Positions 34,168 through 46,800 of a DNA stretch of 64,000 bases are shown piece by piece (positions within the stretch are counted from its first letter, which is position 1; every line of letters begins with the position of its first letter). Below the pieces are notes generated by a model, which saw only the letters and a list, made by a program, of their open reading frames with translations, did not search any database and was not told the origin of the DNA. The stretch spans positions 6,187 through 70,186 of the forward strand of contig NIVC01003908.1 in assembly GCA_002269645.1 (NCBI GenBank). Direction: 5' to 3'. Origin of the DNA: Macrostomum lignano (taxonomy: Eukaryota). The translations under genes and the position numbers were made by a program.

Positions 34168-35886
34168 GTTTCAAAGGTATTCTTGAATCACAATTAAAGT
34201 TAGGCTATTTTTTGTTAGCAGGACAGCCACCCAACCTTCTTGCCTGCTTCTCTTTCCCGATCTGGGCCTAAAGGGTGTAATATATTTTAAAATTGACTAA
34301 CTTTTGGCTGCCATAATTTTTCTCCATGCAAAGCAATTGACTTCAAACGTGATACAAGTCTTCATTAATTTATTCTTTATCTAAATACAAAGTCTCAACT
34401 CAAAGTCTCATATGCTTATAAGAAACTATAAGCATATGAAGTTTGGCTGCTTTTTCTGGTGTTGAGTTGTTCTTGTTCTCATTTCTCCAGAATAGAAGGA
34501 GGGGGGTAGGCCGGAGTACATAATAGCAATAATATGCAGTGTTTTAGAATTTAACTTGGACTTTATTTGTGCCCTTGTAGAATTTCTTAACCAAATTGTT
34601 CTAAGCTACATGACTGTCTTATCATATAGGCTTAACAGTTAATAGGGTCATTCTAAATAAGCATAGTTATAACATATATAGTCATCAGTTAACAAAGTTT
34701 AGACAAAGTTTAGAAAGTCAGGCATATTCATGCCTGAATATTTTCAAGTATGATACCAGACAAATAAATTTAAGTATTGCATAACCAATTGATAAAAAAG
34801 TATTTATTGGTTCTCTTCTAGTTGGCTTCTGTACGGCCAGCTTCTGTACATTCTCAAAACTGGTCCACTTGGAGGTGTAGGCAAAATAAGCATGGATATT
34901 GTCTGCAAGTAGTTCAGCTTGATGACTCAGTCTGTAACTGACTACCTTCTGACTAGCTTCTGACTGCCTCATCTGTCGACTAAGATACACGATCGGTGTT
35001 TTCAAAACCGTCGTGTAGTGACTGTGCATCGGGCCTAGGTGTTGTAACTAACTAACTTTGAGGCTAGAATTGTTCAATTACCTTATATGCATCGTGCGTT
35101 CAATCATGGTATCGTTGTTTCGATTGCGTAACACTGTTTTCAACGTGCACATGAGTATAAATATATTGAGCGAGACTCAAGTGTCTCCAACTGAATTGAA
35201 TTTAATCAATCAACTAGAACACAACACGTCGCTTTGAACTTGATTCAAGACCGCCCCGATTCTGACATCTGGTGCATCAGTGTGATGATCAGTGTGCATC
35301 TGATTCATCATCTCTAACAAAATTCCGATAATAATTGCATAGTCCGAGAAAACTTTGAAGCTCTGTCACAGTCTTAGGTTTCGGCTAGTTCCTAATCGCT
35401 TATAGCTTTACCGCATCTCTTAATTCCTGATTCTCCTATGACGTGCCCTAGATTTTGTTGTACAGACTTGAAAGGGTGACATTTTTTTAGCTTTTAGTTT
35501 GATATTACCCTAGTCAGAAATAATGGCAAAAAAGGAATTTTTAATTCAAATTATAATGTCATTAAGTGCCGTTATATTCGAAACAAGCGCGAATATAATG
35601 TTAAAAATTATCTTATTAAAATATATTGCCTTTTTGTTAAGTGTAAATTACTTTTACAATGTAGATGTAGGTCTGAGTAGATTGAATTGTGTCGCTAATA
35701 TCTTGTGGCCGTCCTGCTATTGAATCAACGATTTTGAAACTATGCCACTCCATCTAGTAATCCGTTGTACAGAAAATGAGGTGGAAGGAATATTTTTGCG
35801 CGATAAATATAAATATAAATATTGAAATATTAGGACAGAAGCATGCAAAAAAATTGCTTGTATTGAAAAAGAACCTATTTATTTTT

Positions 35887-36830
35887 TTAGCGCGCATATT
35901 GCTCAGGCATGTGGCTCAAAGGATGGAGATTTAAAAGTAAAAATCGTTCACCAAAATATGTGGGACAATATTTAAAAACAGGCTGCGAAGTTGTTTTAGT
36001 GTCGCAAAACATGAATTTAGTGAATATAACAAAGTATATATAGTGTGAATAGAAGATATGAAGCAGTAGATGAACATTCAGCGTCTGGAATCGTTTAGGA
36101 CAGCATTTATCGAGGTGATGCAAAAAAGAACGCGTTCTTGCACTTGCTTCATTAATGTTTGTAGAGTAGAACGAGTGTAGCATTGCCACCAATGACAAAA
36201 AGTTTCTTTGATAAAATTGTATAGGACTCAGCCTAGATGAGAGAATAGAGAGAAAATCCAAATGTGCGGTTTTAAGATTGAAAAAAGTGCGTCCTCATCA
36301 TTAGCATCGATAAGGAGTGGAATAAGCAAGTCATTCGCTTATACCTGATCCCATCCTTGGGACGTTTGGTGGTTTTATAATTGCGGCCTATCGTGTCAAA
36401 GGCCGTCCGGAATAGCTTCTCCACCAGCATCTTCAGCTGTGCCTTCACGGATTCGTTCAGGCTGTTTTAACTTTTATTTCGCTTCTTTTAATTTTCTTTT
36501 AAAAGATTCATGATTCACTACTACAAGTATGTTTAATTTGAAATTCACCAAAAGTTATTTTTTTAGGCGCTACAATTTCCTCAACATTAATGCACTAAAG
36601 TATTTGTATCGCATCAGCAGTCGCTTTACTAAAGATTAGCTTATACGAGTAGTAGACTAAAAGGATTGCACTGCTTACTACATTGCTCTTTGCATTCTGG
36701 CGACAAGCTTCTATGAGGTGCTCGTAATCGTCGATGCCAGTCATAGGAAGAAATTCGAGGTTACTTTCTTCCTGAACCGTATTCCCTTAGCCCTGAAGAC
36801 TTAGTCGGCGCTCGATCAACGTTAACGCTC
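35887..36830 (-). pseudogene. Possible EnSpm/CACTA-like transposase relic
   Basis: TLNVHLLLHI motif; the surrounding frames are decayed. Confidence 0.35.
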
Positions 36831-36998
36831 AGTCATGGCAGCCTTTTGGCGTAATACTTTAGCCAGCATGTGTACAACTCCCTCAGTTTCATACATTTTC
36901 ACTCCCACCGCTGCTAGTATTGACTGTATTCCAGTCAGCTCCAGATAAGGTATACAATTTACCCTATCCAGTACTACACACGAGCGCAGCTTATGCCG

Positions 36999-37255
36999 TG
37001 TAACTAAATTGACACGACTCAATTGATTTTCTCTTTAGAGTTTGTTAAGAGAAAGCCAAAAAAGCCCTCTGGTTCGCTGGCTGTTTTGACTTATTTCTTT
37101 AGATAAAGCGAAAAGAAAATGACGCGTGGAGGGTGGGGGCGCCCAGTGTACGAGCGGATGTACATTGCACGACAAGCGGGGTGAAAGGTGAGTCGGCTTT
37201 CTCTTAATGTAAAGAAAACCATTTGGGCTGAATAAATATGAACTTTTCCGCCACA
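36999..37255 (-). repeat. 3' LTR (polypurine tract GGGGGAG at 37256-37262)
   Basis: Homologous to 42534-42767 plus 48635-48660. Confidence 0.9.
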
Positions 37256-37592
37256 CTCCCCCAATGACCTGATCGATTGAGGTCAAGGTCATTTCACAAA
37301 AGGAAAAGTAACACAAGGTAGAAAAAACAAATATTGCCGCCGCTAAAACATTGATCGGACTGCGGAAAAAAAGCAAAAACCAAAAAAGCACGAAAATCAA
37401 CCAACTGTGTATAAACTGCAAAATTACCAGAAAAAACTCAAACCCCGACCATCGAAAAACAACGACTGAGAACCACCAACCAACCGACATCGAACGACCA
37501 CTGACCGAACGCCACCAGCAAAATGACCAAAAGAACACAGGAAAAACGACTAGACGCAGCCAGCAGCCGAGTAAAAAACCACTAACGACACG

Positions 37593-40500
37593 TCAGACTT
37601 CCAGAGGTACCAGCAACTTCACTGGCCGTCGAAGATGCGTAGCAGCTCGACCACTTTGAGAACTGGCCACCCGCAGTAGGCATGAACGGGCGACTCCATC
37701 GTGACCCTGGTGCACAGCTTCGACAACCGCAAGCTTCCACTGAAGTCTTGGCAATCCGGCATCCATCACTAACACTACGTCACCAACTCGTATTTCCCGA
37801 TTCGATGTTCGACCGTCTTTGGATGATTGCTCACGGAGGGCCAGAATGTACTGTGCTTGCCACTCCTTCCAGAACTTGTTCAGCAAATGTCTGGACTTTC
37901 GGAGCCTTTCGGGAAGCGGCAGGACCATTGAAACTTCCTCTTCGTCCTCTGGTTCTTTTTTCAGGCGGCGCAGAACGAGGAAATGACCAGGTGTGATGAC
38001 TTCTGATTGCTCGCCAGAAGACACAAAGCCAAGCGGTCTTGAGTTTACAACCGCTTCCGCCTCACAGACTGCTGTCGACAGCTCCTCGACGGGCAGGAAA
38101 GCCCTTCCGATTGTCTTCTTGAGCACTGATTTCACTACGCCGACCAGTCTCTCGTAGAAGCCTCCCATCCATGGAGCTCGCTCGGGAATGAATGTCCAGG
38201 TGACTCGGCGGCTGCTCAGAAAATCTTGGCCTGCTTGAGTCCGTAATAGAGCTTCTTCTGCATCCAGTAGCCTGGCCGCCGCATGGAAGGTTTTAAAGTT
38301 GTCAGAGATAATCGATGGTACACCTCGGCGGGCACAGAAGCGTCTCAGGCTCAGAAGGAATGACTGCGTTGTCAAGTCAGTGACGAGTTCGAGATGCACT
38401 GCTGGTGTGCTAGTACAGGTCAACGATCGAATGTAGGCTTTATGTTGGCCGTCATCCTCCCCCCTGCGCATTAATCGAGGCCAACATGCTGGAACGCACG
38501 ACACGTCATAAAACGAGATGCCGGCAGCTGTGCTGGTTGTGCAATCCGGTACGGCAATCCTTGCAATCGAATGCATGTGTTGCATGATTTGAGCACAGAT
38601 ATTACCTTCTGCCGCCCTTTCAGTAGCCAGAATCGCTCACGAATTGTACTAACGTCGCGGAGGCTCCCTCATGACCGACTTTGTGGTGCGCATCCGTGAT
38701 AAGCAGTATCTGGAAGCTGGGGTCTAATGGGCAGAGAATCGGGGACTTTTTTCGTCAGAAAGCGGAGTGTCTCCAAGCCTTTCCGCGCTACGAAGAACAC
38801 CTTTCGGGTCCAAGAACAGCGAGAGGTTCTTGTTAACCTGCGTGCGGGCAGTGCTGTCGCGAAGACTGCGAATGTCGGCTTCGAAGTCACGCGACTGCAG
38901 CGATTTAATCCAGAACTCCTCCGTTTTTAACAGCTTTGCCGACGTCAGCTCGACAGTCGTAGCCTGCCGCGTCCGTTTTAAAATGCTGATGAAACGAAGA
39001 ACCCACGCTGAGACCCGCAGCAATCTAGTCAAGGAATTATAGCGCTGCACCTCGATGATGGAGTGGATGCGTGCCGATTGTACCTCTGACGTCGACGTCT
39101 GTGTGACTACGCAGCTGTGTTCATCTTCTCGATGATATGAGCTTTGGTCGCCTATTACAGGTTGTTCCAGCCAGAGCGAGGAATCCAGAGACAGCCACTT
39201 AGGACCCCAAAACTAGGGGGACGATTAATCGAATGCGCCGGGCACGACTGGTCGGGTAGCAATGTCGGCGAGGTTGTCCTTCCCAGGGCAGAACAGTCAC
39301 TTCTCCGGTGCCACAGCTGCTGGAATGTTGGAAACTCTGTTTTGAATGAATGGCTTCTACAATTTGTGTGTCGACTTGAGCCACCACAGAACGTCCATGC
39401 TATCGCTCCAGCAGGTGATGACGCCATGCGGATATTCAGCGCGGACTTTGTCGAGGGCTTGAGCAAGCTCGTTTGCAGCCATCAACTCTAGCCGTGGAAT
39501 AGTCGTCGGAGCTATGGGCGCGACGCGTGTTTTGCCCATCAGTAGCGCAACTTGGACGTCACCCGAATCGAATGTAGACCGTAAATAGACGCACGCTGCG
39601 TAGGCCGATTGAGATGCTTCACAGAACCCATGAATTTCGCATGCGATGGGCGTCTGTCTGAAGACTCTTCGGTCGAGTGGCATCGTCTAACATCGTAACT
39701 CAGCTAAGCATTCAACCCACTGCGAGTTAAGGGGCTCCGGAAGCATAGCGTCCCACGGCACCTTTAGTTTGCAGCTCTGCTGAAAAAGCAGTTTGGCTCG
39801 CGTCAGCAACGGGCAAAGAAGGCCAAGAGGGTCGAACGTCTTGGAGAACGCTGACAAAGTCGAACGCTTGGCCGGTCGAGACGGTCGAGACGTTCGCCGG
39901 ACAAGCCGATTGCCGGATGATCGCGAATCGACAAATTGAATGCGTCGCTATCCGGAATCCATTGCATGCCAAGGACCTTGACTGGTGATTTGGTTGAATG
40001 TGACACGCCACAACCATCTTCAAGAGCAGTGGTGTTCAGAGCTGAGCAGTTAGAGAGTCAGCCGCGTATATTCATCGATGCTTCCAGGAACGCGCTCCGC
40101 GTTATGTGATACAATGCCATAGCTTCCTCTTCGGAGTCTGCGCCAGATACTAGGTTGTCGACATGTGTCCTGAGACAGTTTCAGACGAACGGTCTCGGAA
40201 GCCTTGGTTGTTGTACGGAAAAGGTGAAACAGAACTTCTTGCAGGATTGCTGGACTGGAGATCAGGCCAGACACAAGGCGCACATAGCGAAAGACGTGAA
40301 TACTTGATTTCTTGTCGTTCATGTTCTCCAGCCACAAGAACCGAAGGGCGTCTCTGTCCTCCTCACGAATAGTGATTTGAAGAACAGCCTTCTCGACATC
40401 AGCTATGATGGCTACAGTATGATTTCGAAAGCGAAGTAGCAACGAAGAGACGGAGGGCAGTCGACACGGACCGGCCTCCAGCACGTCATTAAGAGAGTAA

Positions 40501-42210
40501 TCCGTCGCTGTCTTCTCACTTGCATCAAAGACAATGCGAAGTCGAGTCGTCTGACTTTCCTCCCTTATCACAGGAAGGTGTGGGATGTAGTGATTGAGCG
40601 TTTTCGGCTCGTATTGGTGCTGATTCAATGACGCTGTGAGCGAGTTGGTCTTTAAAGATTTCGTGGAAAATTCACGTGGTTGTTGTCTCTGCTGTCTGTC
40701 TGCTGGATCTCGTTGCGCATGGACTCTGCAGCTTGAGAGCGTACCACATCGGCTAGCGACTCACCGACAGTGAAGAGTGCAAGTCGTGATAGGATCATCC
40801 GCTGATGCAGAGACTGTGAGTCTACCACTGACCAGATAGCCGAGCTTGCTTTTCACTGCCACCGGACCTTTACCACTCACTGTGCGAAATACTTCGCCAT
40901 CTACAAGATCGTAGAAGCAGTCAGCACCAACCAATATCGAGATCGGTTCGGATGCATCTCGCGGGTCGAACGGGTCGGTGAGATCGAGGCGTTGTATCTC
41001 TGGATGAGCATCCAGCATGACCGATGCTTGCGGTGAGCAGATCCGTGGAGTTGTGTAACCGCGCAGAGAGAAAAGGCTGGGGGAATTCCATCGGCGAATG
41101 CTGAATTTTACAATTTCTGAATCAAATTCGGTGCTACTGGCACCAAACGTGCCGACTCGGAGGACTTCTGTGCCTTCTGACTCTAATCCAAAATGCTTAC
41201 TGAGAGCTTGCCGAATGTAAGTCTTTTTGCTTGCTGTGTCGAACAGTACGCGTACAGGAAGTTCCATCTGGGCTCATCAGCAAACATTTTTCTGTCGGCA
41301 TGACAACAGCTGGGCTTGAGTGCACTACCAGAGACTGGCTATCGGAGCTTAGATAGCTGTCACGTTGTTGGACTCCGACACTGGCTTCGGCTTTGACTGT
41401 TTCGAAAAACCAGCTTGGTTTCCGGGCCCGTTACTTACAGTGGAATACAGGCTGGGGCAGATGCTCGGATGATGCATTTTGCCACAACATCGGCACGCAG
41501 GCAACAGAAGCAGCGCAGAATATACGAAACCTTGCCTTCGCGGTGGTGTGCACCTTACAAGATTCTGACGAATGGTTGCCTTGGCAAAACGTGCAGGAAA
41601 GCAGAGAACCGTCCTTTTGTTTTCTGAATGCTACTTTCTGCTGATTGGAAGAAAATCTACGCTGAGCTTTAACGATGAGCTTCCTAGAGTACTGCGGCCC
41701 TCCGGACCAGGCTTTTGACCGTCTGGGTGCTTATGGCCGCTTGCCGAGCATCGTTCTCGCAGTTTGATTTCGCTATCCAGAGAGTCTAAGAATAGTTCGA
41801 CAGATTTTCCTCCTCTTTCAACTCGGATAGACCAACTCGCAGCACGTCAGCTCAAATTACAGGCAACTTTGCTTCAAGACTCGGCAGCAGAAACACTTCG
41901 TAATTCGACTGGTAGACACCAAGAGTCTCTAAACCTCGGACACAGGACCGAGTGGTATCAATGAAGGATCTAAGCGATTGGGTAGAGTCGGACGGACACT
42001 TCACGGCTTCGAGCTTCTTCATAAAGTGCTGGACTAAATTTTCTTTTAAGCCGTACCGATCTACGAGTAACTCCCAGGCAGTATGATTGTCTTGTCCTGT
42101 CAGCTGAAGGTTGTCGACGCAACGCCGAGCTTAACCACGCAAGCAACTCAAGAGGTAACTGAACTTCTCGACATCAAACAGCGTTATTTTCAAACAGTGA
42201 AATCGAAAAA
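37593..42210 (-). pseudogene. Bel/Pao gag-pol (gag, Zn knuckles, PR, RT, RNase H, IN), frameshifted
   Basis: VLFDTAS (PR); YIPHLPVIREESQTTRLRIVFDAS (RT); EIHGFCEASQSAYAA (RH); SDNFKTF and PWMGGFYERLV (IN). Confidence 0.95.
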
Positions 42211-42244
42211 AGTTTTCAGTCCAAAAATTCTGAACTCAACTAGC

Positions 42245-42420
42245 CGATGACACACGACGACAGACCAGCCGGCGAGGCACGACCACACAAAGACCAGCCG
42301 GCGACACGACGACACGAAGACCAGCCGGCGACACACGACGACACGAAGACCAGCCGGCGACACACGACGACACGAAGAACAGCCGGCGACACGACGACAC
42401 GAAGATTAGCCGGCGATGAA
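42245..42420. repeat. Short tandem repeats (GACACGACGAC / GACCAGCCGGC) in the retroelement 5' UTR
   Basis: About 6 imperfect ~30-bp units. Confidence 0.8.
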
Positions 42421-42515
42421 CGAAAGCACGAGTACTACACACATGCAGACACAATGGGCCAGCGCACGTCACGCTGTGCAAAATCAATTGATATTTCGCT
42501 TGTAGTTAGATAAAG

Positions 42516-42533
42516 CTCACTGTTCGGGTGCCA
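42516..42533 (-). other. Primer-binding site, tRNA-Lys(UUU)-like
   Basis: TGGCACCCGAACAG directly follows the LTR end; one mismatch to the Lys3 PBS TGGCGCCCGAACAG. Confidence 0.75.
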
Positions 42534-43249
42534 TGTAATTGACACGACTCAATTGATTTTCTCAAGCAAACACAGTACCACAGAAAGCGAAAAAAAGCCA
42601 TCTGGGTCGCTGGCTGGTTTGACTTATTTATTTAGATAAAGCGAAAAGACAATGACGCGTGGGGGTGGGGGCGCCCAGTGTACGAGCGGATGTACATTGA
42701 ACGACAGGGCGGAGCGGGGTAAAAGGTAAGTCGGCTTTCTTTTAATGTAAATAAAACCATTTGGCCTAGTAGAAGGCATGAGGGGGCTTTTGGGACAAAA
42801 TTTTTCATATCCTCCATAATCCCATTAAATCCATCCATATTATCCCCGACAGAATCAGAAAAAAGGGGGGTCGCACTCGCTCACAAAACGTCCTCCATAA
42901 TCCCATTAAATCCATTCATATTATCCCTGACAGAATCATGAAAAAGGGGAGGGGCCGCACTTGCTCCGAAAACTTCGAACATAATCCCATTAAATCCATC
43001 CATATTATCCCTGACAGAATCAGAGCAGGTGTCAACTGATACCTGTTATGCTCACTGTGGACACCTGTTATGCTCACTGACACTGACATCATCCACCGAC
43101 ATCCACCCATAACATTTCTAAAACAATCAGAAAATAATCTGCATTCTTCTCCCCACATTTGATTCGCAACGTGCGACCAGATCCCTAAAACTTTAAATTC
43201 CCTAACCCAGGGTCCTCACCCTTTAAAAAAAATTAAATTCTCAATAAAA

Positions 43250-43489
43250 ATGTTTCCAGTTGTCTCTCCAGGTTCTTATTACAAAACGCACGAGCCTAAT
43301 TACAAGAGTAAGTACCGATACAAACTTGAATGCAGCGAATACATGAGAAAATATTGGCCCAACGTTGATATCAATGTCCCTAATATTAATCTAGCTCTCC
43401 AAAGACATTGGTTTCATAAGTATGGAGTAACCTATGTAAAAGATTATGACAGCTACTATAACTTTGCAGAAATCATTAGGCAATTGTGA
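43250..43489 (+). CDS. 79-aa TIR-encoded protein (left TIR copy)
   Basis: Two substitutions relative to 9023-9262. Confidence 0.6.
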   Translation: MFPVVSPGSYYKTHEPNYKSKYRYKLECSEYMRKYWPNVDINVPNINLALQRHWFHKYGVTYVKDYDSYYNFAEIIRQL

Positions 43490-43493
43490 TTTC

Positions 43494-43772
43494 TTACATT
43501 CTCTCAATGATTAACGTCAATACAAACCCTTCACCGTTAAAATCAACGCCCATGCTTCAGTCTCAAACTGTAGCACAATCTCGTGAATCTCCTTATTACT
43601 CAATACAACTCTTTTCACTGGATTTGGTTTCTCTACCACCATCTGTCCTCCAGCTACAGAGTTGGAGATGTTGTACAAAATATTCGTTCGCTTTCCCTTA
43701 AATACCCAATCAAGACTGAGATTAGTTCTGATTAGAATATTCAAACCCTTTACAATGTCTGCTATATTGGGT
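43494..43772 (-). pseudogene. Penton 3' fragment
   Basis: PNIADIVKGLNILIR...LQFETE matches 8155-9018. Confidence 0.9.
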
Positions 43773-44087
43773 CTTCGTCTTGAGTGGGCGAGCTTCCTTA
43801 TAACTGGAAGCAATGTCTATTACTGTGAGAGCATACTTGTAGCCCGAGTCATTGGGGAGAAACAGAAGATCTGCTTGGTGTGCCTCATTAGGTTTATAAA
43901 TACTGAAATGGGGCCTTTCAAATTTTACTGGTGGGAAATAGACTTAAAAGACAGTCTGCTTAGAGAGCCATTTTTCTACTGTAGCTTTTGGTTCCTTACT
44001 CAGCTCCATGAGTTTACTAACGGCATTTTTGCCTACAAAGAATCCTTTGTCGCTGTAGTAGAGTTTTTTAAGTTTCTGATCTGTCAT
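43773..44087 (-). pseudogene. Polinton rve integrase, N-terminal ~105 codons with one stop
   Basis: Manual translation MTDQKLKKLYYSDKG...KWLSKQ..*VYFP...RPHF...PNEAHQADLLFLPNDSGYKYALTVIDIAS.YKEARPLKTK. Confidence 0.9.
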
Positions 44088-44117
44088 TTATTTATAAAGA
44101 AAATTTTAAATAAAATA

Positions 44118-44600
44118 ATGCAGCGCTCTGGTGGTAAAATAGATTCACATGGACTGATAGAAAAGCTTCCTCATCCAAACAAAGGCTGGACACTTCCCGG
44201 CTATAAATATTGCGGGCCTTTGAATAATCCACTTGAAATTCAGTTAGATACAAACGATAATCCAAATCCTGGGCATGAGCCTGTGAACGAGCTAGACTCT
44301 GTCTGCATGTGGCACGATGTCAAATATAGAGATTTTCCTGAGGAGAAGAATCGTTGGGACAAAGAAATGCTTAAGAGACTAGACAATATAGAGGCTTCAA
44401 GCGGATTTCGTGAGTCGATCGCTCGGAAGCTAGTTAAAGCTGTTATTTTTAGTAAGGCAAAGTTGGGATTAGGAATGGGCGCTGAGGGTGGGTGCACGGG
44501 GAGAGAGGGCGGACGCACGGGAGCAGGGTTTATTTTGTGTTCTCCAAACAATGAATTGGGAAGACTGTTGAAAGAGCTGGGGGTTGAGAGAGGCGCTTGA
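44118..44600 (+). CDS. Parvovirus-type phospholipase A2 (adintovirus PLA2X-like)
   Basis: Ca-binding loop LPGYKYCGP, catalytic NELD..C..HD..Y, D..ML..LD, and terminal KLGLG. Confidence 0.9.
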   Translation: MQRSGGKIDSHGLIEKLPHPNKGWTLPGYKYCGPLNNPLEIQLDTNDNPNPGHEPVNELDSVCMWHDVKYRDFPEEKNRWDKEMLKRLDNIEASSGFRESIARKLVKAVIFSKAKLGLGMGAEGGCTGREGGRTGAGFILCSPNNELGRLLKELGVERGA

Positions 44601-44926
44601 GTCGGGAAAGATTATTCGCAGCCAAGCGCAACAGCTGCATTTCGAAAAGGGGTGGGGTAACTGCTATTTGCTGAGGGAGCGCAGCTTTTGCGAATGTACA
44701 ACTTCCACGCGTGCTTTCCTTTCCTTTCCTTTCTTTCCTTTGTATTGCGCACGCCAAATAACGAATTAGAAAGACTGCTGAACAGTTTACATTGATAAAC
44801 AACTGAAAGACTGAAGCGACATATTATAGTCGCTATATAGTTTATTAGTTTATTATAGTTTTTCATGTGGTAAGCAACGTGGCAACAACAGAGCATGCAG
44901 CAGAAGACAGAATGCCTATCTTAGGT

Positions 44927-45234
44927 AAATAATAATAATAATTGATTACACCTGCCCAATGGGCAGATGTGCAACCGACAGCTCAGCCGCAGCTATTGCG
45001 CGGCGCATCTGAAGGCTGCGTGCGGCTGTTCAGTCCAAGGACTGGGGGTCGCCACACACACCCTCAATTACTCCAGCTAATGCTGGCACCCATTTTACAG
45101 CTGGGTGAACTGAAGCAATGCGGAGTAAAGTGCCTTGCTCAAAGACACAGATTGTTGCAGGGGGATCGGGAATCGAACCCCCAACCTTCATTCAAGTCGT
45201 GAGTCTGACGCCCTAACCACTAGGCTACAACCCC
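44927..45234 (-). mobile_element. tRNA-derived CORE-type SINE
   Basis: A box TAGCCTAGTGG, B box GGTTCGATTCC, MIR-CORE-like segment (CCCATTTTACAG...AAGTGCCTTGCTCAAAGACAC on +), and an (ATT)n tail. Confidence 0.85.
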
Positions 45235-45376
45235 GTATGTGCAGGGTCTAAACTATGCAACAATATAAAGGTTTCTGGGTGAGCGCCTGCTTTTTCTTCC
45301 CAGTCCCACCACACTGAACACCCCGCCCAGTTCTGCCTGTCTCTTTTTTTTCTAGCCTCCGCAACTAGTCAAACAG

Positions 45377-46711
45377 CCACCTCAGAAAATGAAACCGCTG
45401 GTTTCAAATTTTGAGGTGGGTGATCCTTTAAAGACGCTTGTGTCTTTCTTTTTCTAGCCTCCCAACCCCCAGAGAGGGCCGGGGGGTCTGGGTAGACCAA
45501 CTCTCAGGCCAGCCCTTCTCTCACCCGTCTTGCCCCACCGCCTCTCATTCCAAGCATGTCCTCTGGGTGCCTCTCTTCGCAACTAGCTCTCTCTAAGCTC
45601 TCCTAGTCAAACAGCCACCTCAGAAAATGAAACCGCTGGTTTCAAATTTTGAGGTGGGTGATCTGAGTTCTGCACTGCTTCTCTAGCCTCCGCAACTAGC
45701 TCTACGCTCTCCCGAGCTCATTCTATTTTTAGTCAAACATAACACTAGCGATCTCGCGCTGGGGGTAGAGGGGCGCCTGGGAATTTTGAGTCTCCCGTTG
45801 TACTGAAATCTCCTTCCCCTTGAGCTCCTCTCCCTTTCCCTTCCCCAACAGTCCGGGCCAGAGCACTGGGCTCTCTTTGCACAGGGGCGCCGCGCCACCT
45901 CAGAAAATGAAACCACTGGTTTCAAATTTTGAGGTGGGTGATCTGAGTTCTGCACTGCTTCTCTAGTCTTCGCAACTAGCTCTACGCTCTCCCGAGCTTA
46001 GTCAAACAGCCACCTCAGAAAATGAAACCGCTGGTTTCAAATTTTGAGGTGGGTCTACACTGCTGCGCTATTCAGTTCTCACCCGCCCTGCCACTCACTG
46101 CATGCAGTCCGCGCATTCCGCCACAAGTCCCCCCCTTCTCTCTCCACCCACCCTCCCTCTGCAATTCACTTCTGTGCAGTGCAGCGCCAAAGCCAAAAAA
46201 GAGAATTGCAGAGGGTTGAGGGTTGATCCGGGCGGGAGGGGGTCTTTCTTTTTCTAGCCTCCACAACTAGCCGCTCCGTTTTCTTCTACGCTCTCCCGAG
46301 CTTAGTCAAACAGCCACCTCAGAAAATGAAACCACTGGTTTCAAATTTTGAGGTGGGTGATCTCTTCTACGCTCTCCCAAGGGTTTTATTTTTAAAACTT
46401 ACGTCTACACTCTACAAAGTACAACCTTCTGGGTGATCCCTCCGTTTTCTTCTACGCTCTCCTAGTCAAACAACCACCTCAGAAAATGAAACCGTTGGTT
46501 TCAAATTTTGAGGTGGGTGGTCTGAGTTCTGCACTGCTTCCAGCAGAAACATTTGTCTACACTGTCTCAAGCAAATTTGCTATTTTAATCAAACACCCAC
46601 CTCAGAAAATGAAACCAGTGGTTTCAAAATTTGAGGTGGGCAATCAAAATGGCATACTTGTTAAAAAACCACCCCAGAAAATGAAACCATTGGTTTCAAA
46701 ATTTGAGGTTG
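45377..46711. repeat. Eight dispersed 43-bp imperfect palindromes
   Basis: CCACCTCAGAAAATGAAACC-nnn-GGTTTCAAATTTTGAGGTGG at 45377, 45615, 45895, 46010, 46314, 46474, 46597 and 46669. Confidence 0.95.
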
Positions 46712-46800
46712 GTGTCAACATTAGTAACTATCCAAGGATAACTTGCTATTATTATAGCTTCATGAGTTGCTAAATAAACAATACATTGCTAATTTAAAAG

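Noticed and set aside
35040-35226. Solo LTR (TGTTGT...ACAACA)
   Set aside because: No matching TSD (CTAGG versus CGTCG) and no second copy in the window.
43662-44117. N-terminal half of the 312-aa ORF as a PLA2 fusion domain
   Set aside because: It is the antisense of the penton and integrase fragments; PLA2 starts at ATG 44118.
45160-45234. tRNA gene
   Set aside because: The A and B boxes are present, but the sequence continues into a CORE domain and simple-repeat tail, so it is a SINE head.
45377-46711. CRISPR array
   Set aside because: The spacers are 29-261 bp, irregular and built from shared sub-blocks (TAGTCAAACAG, CTACGCTCTCCCGAG). There are no cas genes and the context is eukaryotic.
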